Shown: positions 45,278-57,461 of the stretch, one piece after another
Numbering within the stretch: position 1 is the stretch's first letter
How the letters are laid out: each line of letters opens with the position of its first letter
NCBI GenBank assembly: GCA_050309445.1
Contig: JBNRMI010000023.1
Coordinates: 29,089-93,088 of the forward strand
Source of the DNA: Candidatus Methanogranum sp.
Lineage (GTDB): Archaea > Thermoplasmatota > Thermoplasmata > Methanomassiliicoccales > Methanomethylophilaceae
Reading direction: 5' to 3'
DNA length: 64,000 nucleotides
Position numbers and translations under genes: made by a program
The notes under the pieces: model-generated
Told to the model about the DNA's origin: nothing
The model's database searches: none
The model's input: the letters and a program-made list of their open reading frames with translations, nothing else

Positions 45278-48200
45278 GTGACGTCGCGCATCGCCGCCAG
45301 CGAGGGCATGGCCGCCTACTTCGACAAGCTCGCCGAGGAGAACGACGAGTGCTACCGCATCGCCGAGGTCGCCAGATCCAAAGGCCTCGACCCCGAGACC
45401 TTCGTCGAGGTGCCCCGGGCCGAGGACCTCGCCTCGCGGGTCGAGAAGCTGCTGGTCGATTACCAGGTGGACAATGTCGCCGAGGACATCCGCCGGCTGA
45501 CCGCGGAGCACGGCAACCGCGAGGTCGTCGCCCTGATGATCGCCCGGGAGATCGCCGGACGCCCGGCGGAGACGCTCGAGCAGGCGGTCGACCGGGCGGT
45601 CAGGGTCGGGCTCGCCGTGCTGACCGAGGGCATCCTAGTCGCCCCCCTGGAGGGGATCGCCGACACCAGGATCAAGACCAACGCCGACGGCACCAACTAC
45701 ATCGACCTGGTCTTCGCCGGACCGATCCGCGCCGCCGGGGGCACGGCGCAGGCCATGAGCGTGCTCATCGCCGACATGGTGCGGCAGGCGCTCGGGATCG
45801 GCAAGTACATCCCCACCCCGCAGGAGATCGAGCGGTTCAACGAGGAGATCCCCCTCTACAAGCAGATCCAGCATCTGCAGTACACCCCCTCCCCGGAGGA
45901 GATCGGGCTGATCGTCAGCAACTGCCCGATCTGCATCGACGGCGAGGGCACGGAGCAGGTGGAGGTCGGCGGTTTCCGCGACCTCCCCCGCATCGAGACC
46001 AACAAGGTCAGGGGCGGCGCCTGCCTCGTCATCTCCGAGGGCATGTGCCTCAAGGCCTCCAAGCTGAAGGGGCACGTCGACCGCCTCGGGATCGAGGGCT
46101 GGGATTTCATCGCCGAGTACCTCGAGGCCCACTCCGGCTCCGAACCGGACGATGCCGGCGACGCATGCGGCGTGGAGCCCTCCTTCGATTACCTCAACGA
46201 CCTCCTGGCCGGGCGCCCCATCTTCGGGCACCCGTGCGTCAAAGGGGGTTTCAGACTCAGATACGGGCGGGCGCGGACGACAGGTCTGGCCGCCCTCGCC
46301 TACAGCCCGGCGACCATGTACGTCATGGATGAGTTCATGGCCCTGGGCACCCAGTTGAAGACCGAGCGCCCCGGCAAGGGCTGCGTGGTGACGCCCTGCG
46401 ACATGCTCGAGGGCCCCCATGTGCTGCTCGACAACGGCGACCTCGTCTATTGCGAGGATCCCGCGGCCGTGGCCGAGGTCAGGGACCGCATCGTCGAGAT
46501 CGTCGACAACGGCGAGATCCTCGTCCCGTTCGGGGAGTTCTGCGAGAACAACCATCTGCTGGTGCCCTGCGGCTACGTGACCGAGTGGCACCGGGAGGAG
46601 CTGCTCGCCAAAGGCGAACTCCCCGATGACTGGGAGGAACCCGATTACGCCCGCGCCAGGGAGATGTCGGCGCAGCTGGGCGTCCCGCTGCATCCGAGGT
46701 TCAACCTGATGTGGTCCGACCTGGGGATGGAGGAGCTGACCGCCCTGCAGGAGGCCGTCGCCGCCACCGGCCGTTTCGACGGCGGCGAGCTGTCGTTCGC
46801 CGCCCCGCCCGAGACCAAGCGCACGCTGGAGGACCTCTGCGTGCCGCACCGGTTCCGCGACGGGCGGGCGGTCATCGGCAGCCGTTACTCGCAGCCGATG
46901 GCCGACTGCCTCGGCCTCGCGGCGGACGGCGACGGCCTGCGCATCGCGGAGAGGCTGGAAGGCGGCGATGCCCTGGAAGCGGTCAGCGCCGCCGCCGGCT
47001 ACGAGGTCCGCGCCCGGGCGATGACGCGCATCGGCGCCCGCATGGGCCGGCCAGAGAAGGCCAAGGAACGCGACCTCGTCCCCAAGCTGCACACGATCTT
47101 CCCGGTCGGGACCGGGACCCAGCCGCGCAAGGACATCGAATCGGCGGTGAAGACCGCACGCATCGGCAGCTCCAAACTCAAGAGGGGCGGGGAGCTCGGC
47201 GTCGATGTCGAGATCAATCAGAGACGCTGTCCGGAATGCGATGAGCCCACCTTCCGCACCTGGTGCAGGGACTGCCGGCGGCACACCGTCCTCCTCGACA
47301 CCGGGCGCAGAGCCTCCTCCGGCAACCGGCCGCTGACGCGGCTGAACATCGAGAAGGAGTTCGACGACGCCCTGGAGAACCTGGGCGAGCGGGCGGTGGA
47401 TGTCAAATGCATGGATAAGCTCACCTCGAAGGACAAGGTCCCGGAAGCTCTGGAGAAGGGCGTGCTCCGGTCGAAGAACGATGTCAGCGTGTTCCGCGAG
47501 GGCACCATCCGCTTCGACATGACCGACATCCCCCTCACCCATTTCAAGCCGCGGGAGATCGACCTGACCGTCGAACGCGCCCGCGAGCTGGGCTACACGC
47601 ATGACTGGAACGGCGAACCGCTGACCGACCCCGAGCAGATCATCGAGCTCAGGGTGCAGGATATCGTGCCCTCGCGCGACTGCGGCGACTACATGGTCAA
47701 GGTCGCCCGTTTCGTCGACGACGAGCTCGATCTGCTCTACGGCATGGACCGCTTCTACGACGTGGATCACCGCGACGGTCTGATCGGCCACCTGGCCTAC
47801 GCCCTCGCCCCGCACACCTCCGGCTGCATCCTCTGCCGCATCATCGGCTACTCCGATGTGCGGGGATGCTACGGCCACCCGTTCTTCCACGCCGCCAAGC
47901 GGCGCAACTGCGACGGGGACGAGGACTGCATCATCCTCGCCATGGACGGGCTGCTGAACTTCTCACGCTCCTTCCTGCCCAACCGGCGCGGCGGCCTGAT
48001 GGACGCCCCGCTGGTCCTGACCACCAGGCTCGACCCCAACGAGATCGACAAGGAGGCCCACAACGTCGACTGCCTGCGCCGTTACCCGCTCGGGTTCTAC
48101 CGGGCGGCGATGGAGATGCAGGATCCCGCTGAGGTCAAAGGCATGATGGACCTGGTCGCCGGCCGCATCGGCACCCCCGGGCAGTACGAGGGGATCGGCT

Positions 48201-48661
48201 TCACCCACGACACCGCCGACATCTCGGAGGGCCCGAAGTACACGGCCTACACCACACTGGGGACGATGATGGAGAAGATGGAGGCCCAGCTCGATCTGAG
48301 CCGCAAGTTGCGGGCGGTCGACGAACGGGACGTGGCCGCCGGGGTGATCAACAAGCACTTCATGCCCGACATGATCGGCAACCTGCGCAGTTTCGCGGCG
48401 CAGACGGTCAGATGCACCAAGTGCGGCGAGAAGTACCGCCGGATCCCGCTGAGGGGCATCTGCACCAACTGCGGCAACAACCTGACCCTGACCGTGCACG
48501 AGGCCGGCGTGAGGAAGTACCTGGAGGTCTCCAAGGAGATCGGCGAGAAGTACGACCTCGATGAGTACACCCGCGACCGCATCGACCTGCTGGAGATGTA
48601 CATGGACTCGCTGTTCAACAACGACAAGGTGCGGAAGTGCAAGCTCTCCGACTTCTACTGA
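45278..48661 (+). CDS. polC: DNA polymerase II (PolD) large subunit DP2
   Basis: ~1120 aa. The N-terminus YFDKLAEENDECYRIAEVARSKGLDPETFVEVPRAEDLASRVEKL is typical of DP2, with several Zn-finger CxxC pairs. The start is GTG 45278 (SD GGTGG upstream) or ATG 45308. Length gives no sign of an intein. Confidence 0.92.
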   Translation: MTSRIAASEGMAAYFDKLAEENDECYRIAEVARSKGLDPETFVEVPRAEDLASRVEKLLVDYQVDNVAEDIRRLTAEHGNREVVALMIAREIAGRPAETLEQAVDRAVRVGLAVLTEGILVAPLEGIADTRIKTNADGTNYIDLVFAGPIRAAGGTAQAMSVLIADMVRQALGIGKYIPTPQEIERFNEEIPLYKQIQHLQYTPSPEEIGLIVSNCPICIDGEGTEQVEVGGFRDLPRIETNKVRGGACLVISEGMCLKASKLKGHVDRLGIEGWDFIAEYLEAHSGSEPDDAGDACGVEPSFDYLNDLLAGRPIFGHPCVKGGFRLRYGRARTTGLAALAYSPATMYVMDEFMALGTQLKTERPGKGCVVTPCDMLEGPHVLLDNGDLVYCEDPAAVAEVRDRIVEIVDNGEILVPFGEFCENNHLLVPCGYVTEWHREELLAKGELPDDWEEPDYARAREMSAQLGVPLHPRFNLMWSDLGMEELTALQEAVAATGRFDGGELSFAAPPETKRTLEDLCVPHRFRDGRAVIGSRYSQPMADCLGLAADGDGLRIAERLEGGDALEAVSAAAGYEVRARAMTRIGARMGRPEKAKERDLVPKLHTIFPVGTGTQPRKDIESAVKTARIGSSKLKRGGELGVDVEINQRRCPECDEPTFRTWCRDCRRHTVLLDTGRRASSGNRPLTRLNIEKEFDDALENLGERAVDVKCMDKLTSKDKVPEALEKGVLRSKNDVSVFREGTIRFDMTDIPLTHFKPREIDLTVERARELGYTHDWNGEPLTDPEQIIELRVQDIVPSRDCGDYMVKVARFVDDELDLLYGMDRFYDVDHRDGLIGHLAYALAPHTSGCILCRIIGYSDVRGCYGHPFFHAAKRRNCDGDEDCIILAMDGLLNFSRSFLPNRRGGLMDAPLVLTTRLDPNEIDKEAHNVDCLRRYPLGFYRAAMEMQDPAEVKGMMDLVAGRIGTPGQYEGIGFTHDTADISEGPKYTAYTTLGTMMEKMEAQLDLSRKLRAVDERDVAAGVINKHFMPDMIGNLRSFAAQTVRCTKCGEKYRRIPLRGICTNCGNNLTLTVHEAGVRKYLEVSKEIGEKYDLDEYTRDRIDLLEMYMDSLFNNDKVRKCKLSDFY

Positions 48662-48683
48662 GCCGGCGGTTATGAGAAGATAG

Positions 48684-48705
48684 ACCGGGCCCTCGCGGGC
48701 CCGGT
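48684..48705. terminator. 9-bp GC hairpin between convergent polD and rpoD
   Basis: ACCGGGCCC-TCGC-GGGCCCGGT. Confidence 0.4.
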
Positions 48706-48713
48706 AACAGGTT

Positions 48714-49544
48714 TCAGAGCGTCTCGGTCTGCGCTGCCAGCTCCCCGGCCCTGGTGCTGAGGATCCGCGTCGCCTGGACCAGCGCCTGCCTGGGCGTGAT
48801 CGAGCCGTCGGTCTCGAAGGTGAACAGGAAGTTCCTGTCATCGCCTCCGACGCTGACGGCGCCGTTCGAGACCCTCTCGCAGGCCCGGCAGAGCGAGCAG
48901 GCGTTGACGTTGACCGTCACCAGCCTGCCGTCCCTCTCCTCGAAGACGCCCCGGGGGCAGACGGCGAGGACCTCGAGGAGGTCCGGGTCGTCGGCCGCAT
49001 CAGGGTCGATCTCGACGATCGGGAGGTACTTGTAGCCGACGCCGAATGCGGCCTGCCACTTGACATGGTCGCGGGAATAGCCCATGACCGCCGTGGCGTA
49101 GATCAGCACGGCCTGGCCCTCGGTCAGCTCGACGATCGGTATATCCTCGTCCTTGACCTTGAGGTCGGGGTTGCCGAGCGGGACCATGTCCCCCGACAGC
49201 ACCGTGCAGGGCCCGTATTTGTTCAGGCTGTACATGATGGTGCAGCTGGGACAGCCCTCGCCGTCGCAGACGCATTCTGACTGCGGGGAGAACAGCTCGT
49301 AATCCGTGGGCACCGGGACCATCCCGAGCCGGTGGGCGATGATCTCATCGAACAGGGGCGTGACGCTCTCGTACTCGAGGCCGTCGAGCATGATCGGCCC
49401 GAGATGGAAATCGACCTTGTCGATCGCCATCTTGGGTATGTCGGACAGCATCGTCCTCCGGAGCGCGTTCGCCATGGCGGGGGCGGAGTCCTTCAGGATG
49501 AAGCTCCCCCTGCGTTCCGCCATCTCGAGTACTTCGATATCCAT
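48714..49544 (-). CDS. rpoD: DNA-directed RNA polymerase subunit Rpo3 (D)
   Basis: 276 aa. ANALRRTMLSDIPKMAI, with an internal Fe-S-type Cys domain (CPRGVF...CSLCRAC). Confidence 0.9.
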   Translation of the reverse strand: MDIEVLEMAERRGSFILKDSAPAMANALRRTMLSDIPKMAIDKVDFHLGPIMLDGLEYESVTPLFDEIIAHRLGMVPVPTDYELFSPQSECVCDGEGCPSCTIMYSLNKYGPCTVLSGDMVPLGNPDLKVKDEDIPIVELTEGQAVLIYATAVMGYSRDHVKWQAAFGVGYKYLPIVEIDPDAADDPDLLEVLAVCPRGVFEERDGRLVTVNVNACSLCRACERVSNGAVSVGGDDRNFLFTFETDGSITPRQALVQATRILSTRAGELAAQTETL

Positions 49545-49556
49545 TGAAATGTCCCC

Positions 49557-49949
49557 TCAGACCCTGCGTCCCCTGCGTCCGCCCTTCTTCTTGGTTCCGT
49601 CATGCGGAATCGGTGTGACATCCTCGATGCGTCCGATCTTGAGACCGGCCCGCGCCAATGCGCGGATGGCCGCCTGGGCTCCGGGACCGGGGGAGGTCGA
49701 TCTGTTGCCTCCCGGGGCCCGCACCTTGACGTGGACGCCCATGATGTCCTTCTCGGCCGCGACCTCGGCGATCTTCTCCGCCGCGCGCTGCGCCGCATAC
49801 GGCGAGGCCTCATCCTTCGCCTGCTTGACGACCATGCCGCCGGTGACCTTCGCGAGGGTCTCCGCCCCGGTGACGTCGGTCAGGGTGATCATGATGTTGT
49901 TATAACTGGCGTATATGTTCGCGATTCCCCATTTCTGTGCGGCTGCCAT
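49557..49949 (-). CDS. rps11: Ribosomal protein uS11
   Basis: [18 protein letters not shown]...[31 protein letters not shown]. Confidence 0.95.
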   Translation of the reverse strand: MAAAQKWGIANIYASYNNIMITLTDVTGAETLAKVTGGMVVKQAKDEASPYAAQRAAEKIAEVAAEKDIMGVHVKVRAPGGNRSTSPGPGAQAAIRALARAGLKIGRIEDVTPIPHDGTKKKGGRRGRRV

Positions 49950-50599
49950 CAGATCTCACCGTCCTCTGCTGTGATGCCGGCTTCCTCGGCATCCGCCTTG
50001 GCCTCGGCGGCGCGTGCGGCCTCGGCCCTGCGCTGGCTCTCCTCCTTCTTGGCCATGAAGGCCGCCCTGGCCTCCGCCGACATCCGCATCGGATGCATAT
50101 CGTCGGTGAACGGCGAGGCATTGTTGAACTCGACCGAGCCCTCCTCCTCCCGTCTGACGATGTAGCCGGGCACGGTGACCCGGTGGCCGTTGATGAAGAT
50201 GTGCCCGTGATTGATCATCTGGCGCGCCTGCTTGATGGTGGTCGACAGCCCCTTCTCGTACACGACCGTCTGCAGACGGCGGGAGAGGATGTCCGAATCC
50301 GTGAGGACCAGGATGTCGTTGAGCGAACCGCCGGTGACCGGCAGGATCCCGATGCGGGCGCATTTCTCCAGCAGCGCCTCGGTCTCGATCGAGGCCTGGG
50401 CATCCCCTGCCCTGAGCTTCGCCTGCAGGTCCCGGGACTGCTTCCTCAGGTTCCTGAGCATGGTCTCCGCCTTCCAGAGCTCGGTCTTGTTCTTCAGTCC
50501 GAACTCGCGGAGGACCTCGGCCTCGGCCTTGATCCTCTCGCCCTGCCAGGGGTGGGAGGGCGTGTCGTATGTCTTGCGTGAAAATTTAGGATCTCCCAT
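49949..50599 (-). CDS. rps4: Ribosomal protein uS4, with a ~35-aa charged C-terminal extension
   Basis: Begins [23 protein letters not shown]. The start is moved from 50608 to the ATG at 50599. Confidence 0.93.
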   Translation of the reverse strand: MGDPKFSRKTYDTPSHPWQGERIKAEAEVLREFGLKNKTELWKAETMLRNLRKQSRDLQAKLRAGDAQASIETEALLEKCARIGILPVTGGSLNDILVLTDSDILSRRLQTVVYEKGLSTTIKQARQMINHGHIFINGHRVTVPGYIVRREEEGSVEFNNASPFTDDMHPMRMSAEARAAFMAKKEESQRRAEAARAAEAKADAEEAGITAEDGEI

Positions 50600-50615
50600 A
50601 CATAACACCTCGGGA

Positions 50616-51101
50616 TTACTTCCTCTTCACTCCCATGGTGAGTCCTTTCCTGCCGTTGGAACGCGTCCTCTGGCCCCTCACCTTGCGGCCGGTCTCGTGG
50701 CGGATGCCGCGGTAGCAGCGGATCATCTTCATCCTGTTGACATCCTCCTCCTGGACGATGTCGAGGTCGTTGCCGATCAGATGCATGTCGGCACCGGATT
50801 CGTAATCCATCTGCCGGTTGATCATCCACTCGGGCACGTACTCCACGTAGGTCATGACCAGCTGCTCGAGCTCCTTGACCTTGTCCTCGGGAAGGGAGCC
50901 GATCTTCTGGACGCCGTCGAGCCCTGCTTTCCTGACGATGGTGTTCGAGGCCCTGCTGCCTACGCCCTTGATGCTCTTAAGGCCGATAGCGATCCGCTTC
51001 TGGCCGTCGATGTTGGTGTTCGCGACACGTACGATGAAGTTGAAATCCTCATCCTCGGCCGCGGACGCGCTTGTCTTCGGTTGTTTAACCATGTATCTCA
51101 A
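50616..51101 (-). CDS. rps13: Ribosomal protein uS13
   Basis: IVRVANTNIDGQKRIAIGLKSIKGVG...YRGIRHETGRKVRGQRTRSNGR. An alternative start is at 51092. Confidence 0.93.
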   Translation of the reverse strand: MRYMVKQPKTSASAAEDEDFNFIVRVANTNIDGQKRIAIGLKSIKGVGSRASNTIVRKAGLDGVQKIGSLPEDKVKELEQLVMTYVEYVPEWMINRQMDYESGADMHLIGNDLDIVQEEDVNRMKMIRCYRGIRHETGRKVRGQRTRSNGRKGLTMGVKRK

Positions 51102-51278
51102 TCCTCCGTAAATGCTCCCGTCGCCGGGATGTGATCAAGCACCTGATCCCCATCGGGATGTGCTCTCAGTTTTCGTCATACTGACGGGTCCTGAGTTTAC
51201 GTAAAGCGGCTGATGTGCTCACTGCTTATAAAGATTAGCTATGAGGCGCGCGGCCGTACGCGCGCGGATTAAGAAGTG

Positions 51279-51366
51279 TGGTGCCGACGACCGGATTCGA
51301 ACCGGTGAACTCCTGCGAGAATGGATCTTGAGTCCATCGCCTTTGACCAGGCTTGGCAACGTCGGC
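51279..51366 (-). tRNA. tRNA-Leu (CAA), class II with long variable arm, CCA encoded
   Basis: The reverse complement folds as GCCGACG/CGTCGGC acceptor, ATGGA-CTCAAGA-TCCAT anticodon arm, variable arm TCTCGCAGGAGTTC, and T arm ACCGG-TTCGAAT-CCGGT. A 7-bp GC hairpin (51246-51265) follows. Confidence 0.9.
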
Positions 51367-51403
51367 ATCTTGGAGGACGTATCCCTGGTCTGTAGATAAA
51401 CCT

Positions 51404-52294
51404 TTAGAGCCTTGTGGTGACCTCGGCCCTGGGTCCGTCGATGTAGAAGGTGTGCTCGTGCTGCGAGACCATGCCGCCGCGGACCTCGACCAGCTGCGCA
51501 TAGCTGGAGAGCACCCCGCGGCGCACCAGCGTCTTCACGTGACGCTCGGCGTCGGGGAAATCGCAACTCCTGGCACAGAAGGGGAAGGTCCTGAACTCGG
51601 ATCTGACGTAATCGAGGAACTCCGCCGTGCGCGGGTCGTCGATCCTGCGGTCCCGCAGCAGGCGCACGATGTTACCCGGAGGACCGTTGGCCACCGCCCC
51701 CTGCCCGTCGGTGGCGAAGGGCTCGACGGCGACGACCATCCCTGCCCGCACCGCCGCCCGGTCCCCGTTGGCGTAGTTGGGCACCGACAGCCCGGCATGC
51801 AGGTTGTACGGTTCGATCTGATGTCCGCAGAGGTTCTCCACCGGACGGAAGCCGGACTGCTTCAGCACGGTCTCCACCAGGCGGCCGATCTCGTTGAGCG
51901 GCGTGCCGTCGCCGATGATCTCGATGACGCTGTCGCGGGCATCCCTGGACGCTTCGATCAGCCCCGTGTAGGCCCGGGTGCCGACCTCGACCGTGCCGGC
52001 GGTGTCGCCGACGTAGCCGTTGTGATGGGCGCCGCAGTCGACCTTGACCACGTCCCCGACGGAGAAGACCGCGGGGTCGTCGGTCGCCGGCGTGAAATGG
52101 GCGGCGACCTCGTTGAGGCTGATGTTGCAGGGGAAGGCGAGTCCGCAGCCCTGGCCGCGGATGTGCTCTTCGACCGCATCGGCCACCTCGCAGAGCCTGA
52201 CGCCGGCTTCGACCATGCTCAGGCCCAGGTCCCTGGCGGAGGCGGCGGCCCGTCCGGCTCTGCGCAGACTCTCCAACTGCTCGGGGTTCAGCAT
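51404..52294 (-). CDS. map: Methionine aminopeptidase, type 2 (archaeal)
   Basis: 296 aa. FPCNISLNEVAAHFTP, VKVDCGAHHNGY, and metal-ligand spacing typical of MetAP2-like enzymes. Confidence 0.88.
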   Translation of the reverse strand: MLNPEQLESLRRAGRAAASARDLGLSMVEAGVRLCEVADAVEEHIRGQGCGLAFPCNISLNEVAAHFTPATDDPAVFSVGDVVKVDCGAHHNGYVGDTAGTVEVGTRAYTGLIEASRDARDSVIEIIGDGTPLNEIGRLVETVLKQSGFRPVENLCGHQIEPYNLHAGLSVPNYANGDRAAVRAGMVVAVEPFATDGQGAVANGPPGNIVRLLRDRRIDDPRTAEFLDYVRSEFRTFPFCARSCDFPDAERHVKTLVRRGVLSSYAQLVEVRGGMVSQHEHTFYIDGPRAEVTTRL

Positions 52295-52926
52295 CTCAGG
52301 GCTTCCTCGATCCTGTCGACGGGGATCATGCCCTGGCGGACGACCTCGACCTCGCCGTTGTTGAGCCAGACGATCGTCGACGGTTTGCCCGAAGGGGATT
52401 CACCCGCGTCGATGTAGGTGCTGATGCTGTCGCCGAAATCCTCGATGGCGTCGGCCACCGTCACCGCGTCCGGCTTGGAATGCAGGTTGGCGGAGGTCGC
52501 GACGACCGGTCCGGCGCGGCGGACGATCTCCAGCGCGATCGGATGGTCCGGTATGCGGATCCCGACCTTCTGGGACATCGCTGTCAGCAGGTCCGGCACA
52601 TCCGGCTGCTTGGGCATGATCAGCGTCAGCGGCCCGGGGAGGAACGCCCTGATCAGCTTCTCCGCGTTGTCGTCGACATAGGCCAGCTTCTCGATCATCG
52701 CCATGTCGCAGGCGGCCACCGAGAGGGCCATGTCGAACGGCCTGTTCTTGGCGACGAAGAGGTTCTTGACCGCAACCTGGTTGTAGATATCCGTCCCGAT
52801 GCCGTACACCGTATCCGTGGGATACACGATCAACCTGCCTTCGCTCACGTCCTCGGCGGCATTCATCACCGCTTCGATGCAGTGGGCGTTCATGCCGTTC
52901 GAGAGGTCACACTTGACTATCCTCAT
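52288..52926 (-). CDS. tsaC: L-threonylcarbamoyladenylate synthase (YrdC/Sua5 family, YrdC domain only)
   Basis: 212 aa with YPTDTVYGIG, KNRPFDMALSV and SANLH. Confidence 0.85.
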   Translation of the reverse strand: MRIVKCDLSNGMNAHCIEAVMNAAEDVSEGRLIVYPTDTVYGIGTDIYNQVAVKNLFVAKNRPFDMALSVAACDMAMIEKLAYVDDNAEKLIRAFLPGPLTLIMPKQPDVPDLLTAMSQKVGIRIPDHPIALEIVRRAGPVVATSANLHSKPDAVTVADAIEDFGDSISTYIDAGESPSGKPSTIVWLNNGEVEVVRQGMIPVDRIEEALRC

Positions 52927-53564
52927 CTGCGCACCCCCATCATATCCAATCCGTACCTGACCATCCGGTCACCTTGTCCCGAGATGTCTCCATGTCCTGG
53001 ATACAGTGACTTTATATCTAGCTTGCTGAGACTCAGCAGGGATTCGACCAGCTGCCGCTGCGATCCCGTGGGGAAGTCGGTGCGGCCGACGCCCATCACG
53101 AAGAGCGTGTCCCCGGAGAACAGCCCCCGGGTCACCTCGTCGTAGAGCACGATGCCCCCGACGGTGTGCCCCGGCGTGTCGATCACCCGCAGACGGTGCT
53201 CGCCGAGGTCGAGGATGTCGCCTTCATGCAACCGTTCCACCTCCGTCGGCGGCAGCTTCCTGCCGATCACCGCCTCGCCGAGCATCACGGGATCGCCGGT
53301 GCGGATGAACTCCGCATCGCCGCCCGCATACGCCCTGCAGCCGAAGGCCTCGATGATATCGCTCAGACCGCCGGTATGGTCGGCGTGGCAATGGGTGAGG
53401 ACCACCGCATCCAGCTCCCGGCCGTCCAACAGCTCGCGGATCGTGCCGATGACCCGGTCGGAATCACAGCCGGAACCAGTGTCGATCAGGACGCAGCGGC
53501 TGCCGCAGACGAGGAACAGATTCGATTCGAACGGCACGGAGGAGACGATCCTGGTGACAGTCAT
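52923..53564 (-). CDS. MBL-fold metallo-hydrolase
   Basis: THCHADHTGG plus downstream His/Asp ligands. The start is at MTVTRIV (53564), behind the TATA TGTTATATACGG. Confidence 0.8.
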   Translation of the reverse strand: MTVTRIVSSVPFESNLFLVCGSRCVLIDTGSGCDSDRVIGTIRELLDGRELDAVVLTHCHADHTGGLSDIIEAFGCRAYAGGDAEFIRTGDPVMLGEAVIGRKLPPTEVERLHEGDILDLGEHRLRVIDTPGHTVGGIVLYDEVTRGLFSGDTLFVMGVGRTDFPTGSQRQLVESLLSLSKLDIKSLYPGHGDISGQGDRMVRYGLDMMGVRR

Positions 53565-53649
53565 GGATGGTTGATTATCTGGCCGTATATAACAGATTAC
53601 CGCGGGAGCCTGCGCTCGCACGATCGGAAAATCAATAGAGAATCGATCG

Positions 53650-53681
53650 GAGGATGAGTTTCATACGCAACCTGTTTGACT
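53650..53681 (-). other. 3' flank of the 23S processing stem
   Basis: GGAGGATGAG (53650-53659) and CATACGCAACCTG (53662-53674) are complementary to 56664-56673 and 56625-56637. An unpaired segment next to mature helix 1 suggests a bulge-helix-bulge-like site. Confidence 0.6.
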
Positions 53682-56617
<2,936 letters not shown>

Positions 56618-56673
56618 ACACGTCCAGGTTGCGTATGATCGGTGATCATCGGGCTTTGTCCGACCTCATCCTC
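56618..56673 (-). other. 5' flank of the 23S processing stem
   Basis: CAGGTTGCGTATG (56625-56637) and CTCATCCTCC (56664-56673) pair with the 3' flank. Candidate TATA boxes on the minus strand lie at ~56781-56796 (GGTTATATACC) and ~56910-56925 (AAACTATAAGTAC). Confidence 0.6.
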
Positions 56674-56941
56674 CAATATCGGAGCCCTACACCTCTTCCC
56701 CGAAACAGGACCTCTGCCCGGGTGCATGATTCTCATCGCCTGATTCCCGAAGGAACCCGGCAGACACTCCCGATGAGCAGGTGGTATATAACCCCTTGCC
56801 CGAAATCGGGTGCAAGCGTCACAGACGATGTCTGCATCGCACCGATTCTCCGCAGTTCACTGCGGGAACCACACGATGCTACACATCGCGCAAATCCCTG
56901 TAGTCAGGATTAGTACTTATAGTTTTCTGACTGGCCGGGAT

Positions 56942-57337
56942 TCAGGGGGAGAAGACCACTGTCACCAGTTCCGGCAACAGCTTCCTCACCCGCACGAACT
57001 CGTGGTGGTGCATCAGGATCCTATCCTCATGACGCGGGACCTTGTCCAGCAGTCTGGACACCACCGCCGACTCCGTCCTGCCGTCCACCCGCCAGGCTCC
57101 GTGGCCCGCGGTGTGGTCGGTCGACACCAGGATCGGCAGGCGCAGCCTCGCCGATTCGGCGTCGGTGCAGACCTCCCGCAGGAGCCTGAGCTCCGCGGGA
57201 TCGAACGTCCCGGTGACGCCGCTCCGCGTCCTGTACGTGTAATCCCCGTTCTCCAGGTAGTCGGACAGGGTCCGGCGGTTCACGGGGATGTTCGCGTTCA
57301 GTTCGCCGATCATACCGGCGACCGGGTCAGGTTGCAT
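56942..57337 (-). CDS. UPF0216/DUF61-family protein
   Basis: 131 aa from ATG 57337, with SD GGAGGTG 7 nt upstream (the track start is GTG 57346). The pattern NRRTLSDYLENGDYTYRTRSGVTGTFDPAELRLL...LRLPILV...ELVRVRKLLPE fits my memory of DUF61. Confidence 0.65.
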   Translation of the reverse strand: MQPDPVAGMIGELNANIPVNRRTLSDYLENGDYTYRTRSGVTGTFDPAELRLLREVCTDAESARLRLPILVSTDHTAGHGAWRVDGRTESAVVSRLLDKVPRHEDRILMHHHEFVRVRKLLPELVTVVFSP

Positions 57338-57461
57338 GGGATGCACCTCCTTCCTGCGGACGGAGGATAGTCATCCCGCAACCGGCGCGTTCATCCTGCA
57401 CCGTATAGTACATGACCTATACATTATATTATAATATAGGTGGAAAACGTAACGGAAGCGC

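Noticed and set aside
43370-47890. Two very long minus-strand ORFs (43370-45511 and 45635-47890) opposite the giant ORF, nog1 and polD
   Set aside because: They are antisense to genes with clear family motifs (NOG1 GTPase, DP2). They have no motifs of their own and a junk-like composition.
45278-48661. Intein in the PolD large subunit
   Set aside because: The length is ordinary for an intein-free DP2, and no intein block motifs or endonuclease-like insert were seen.
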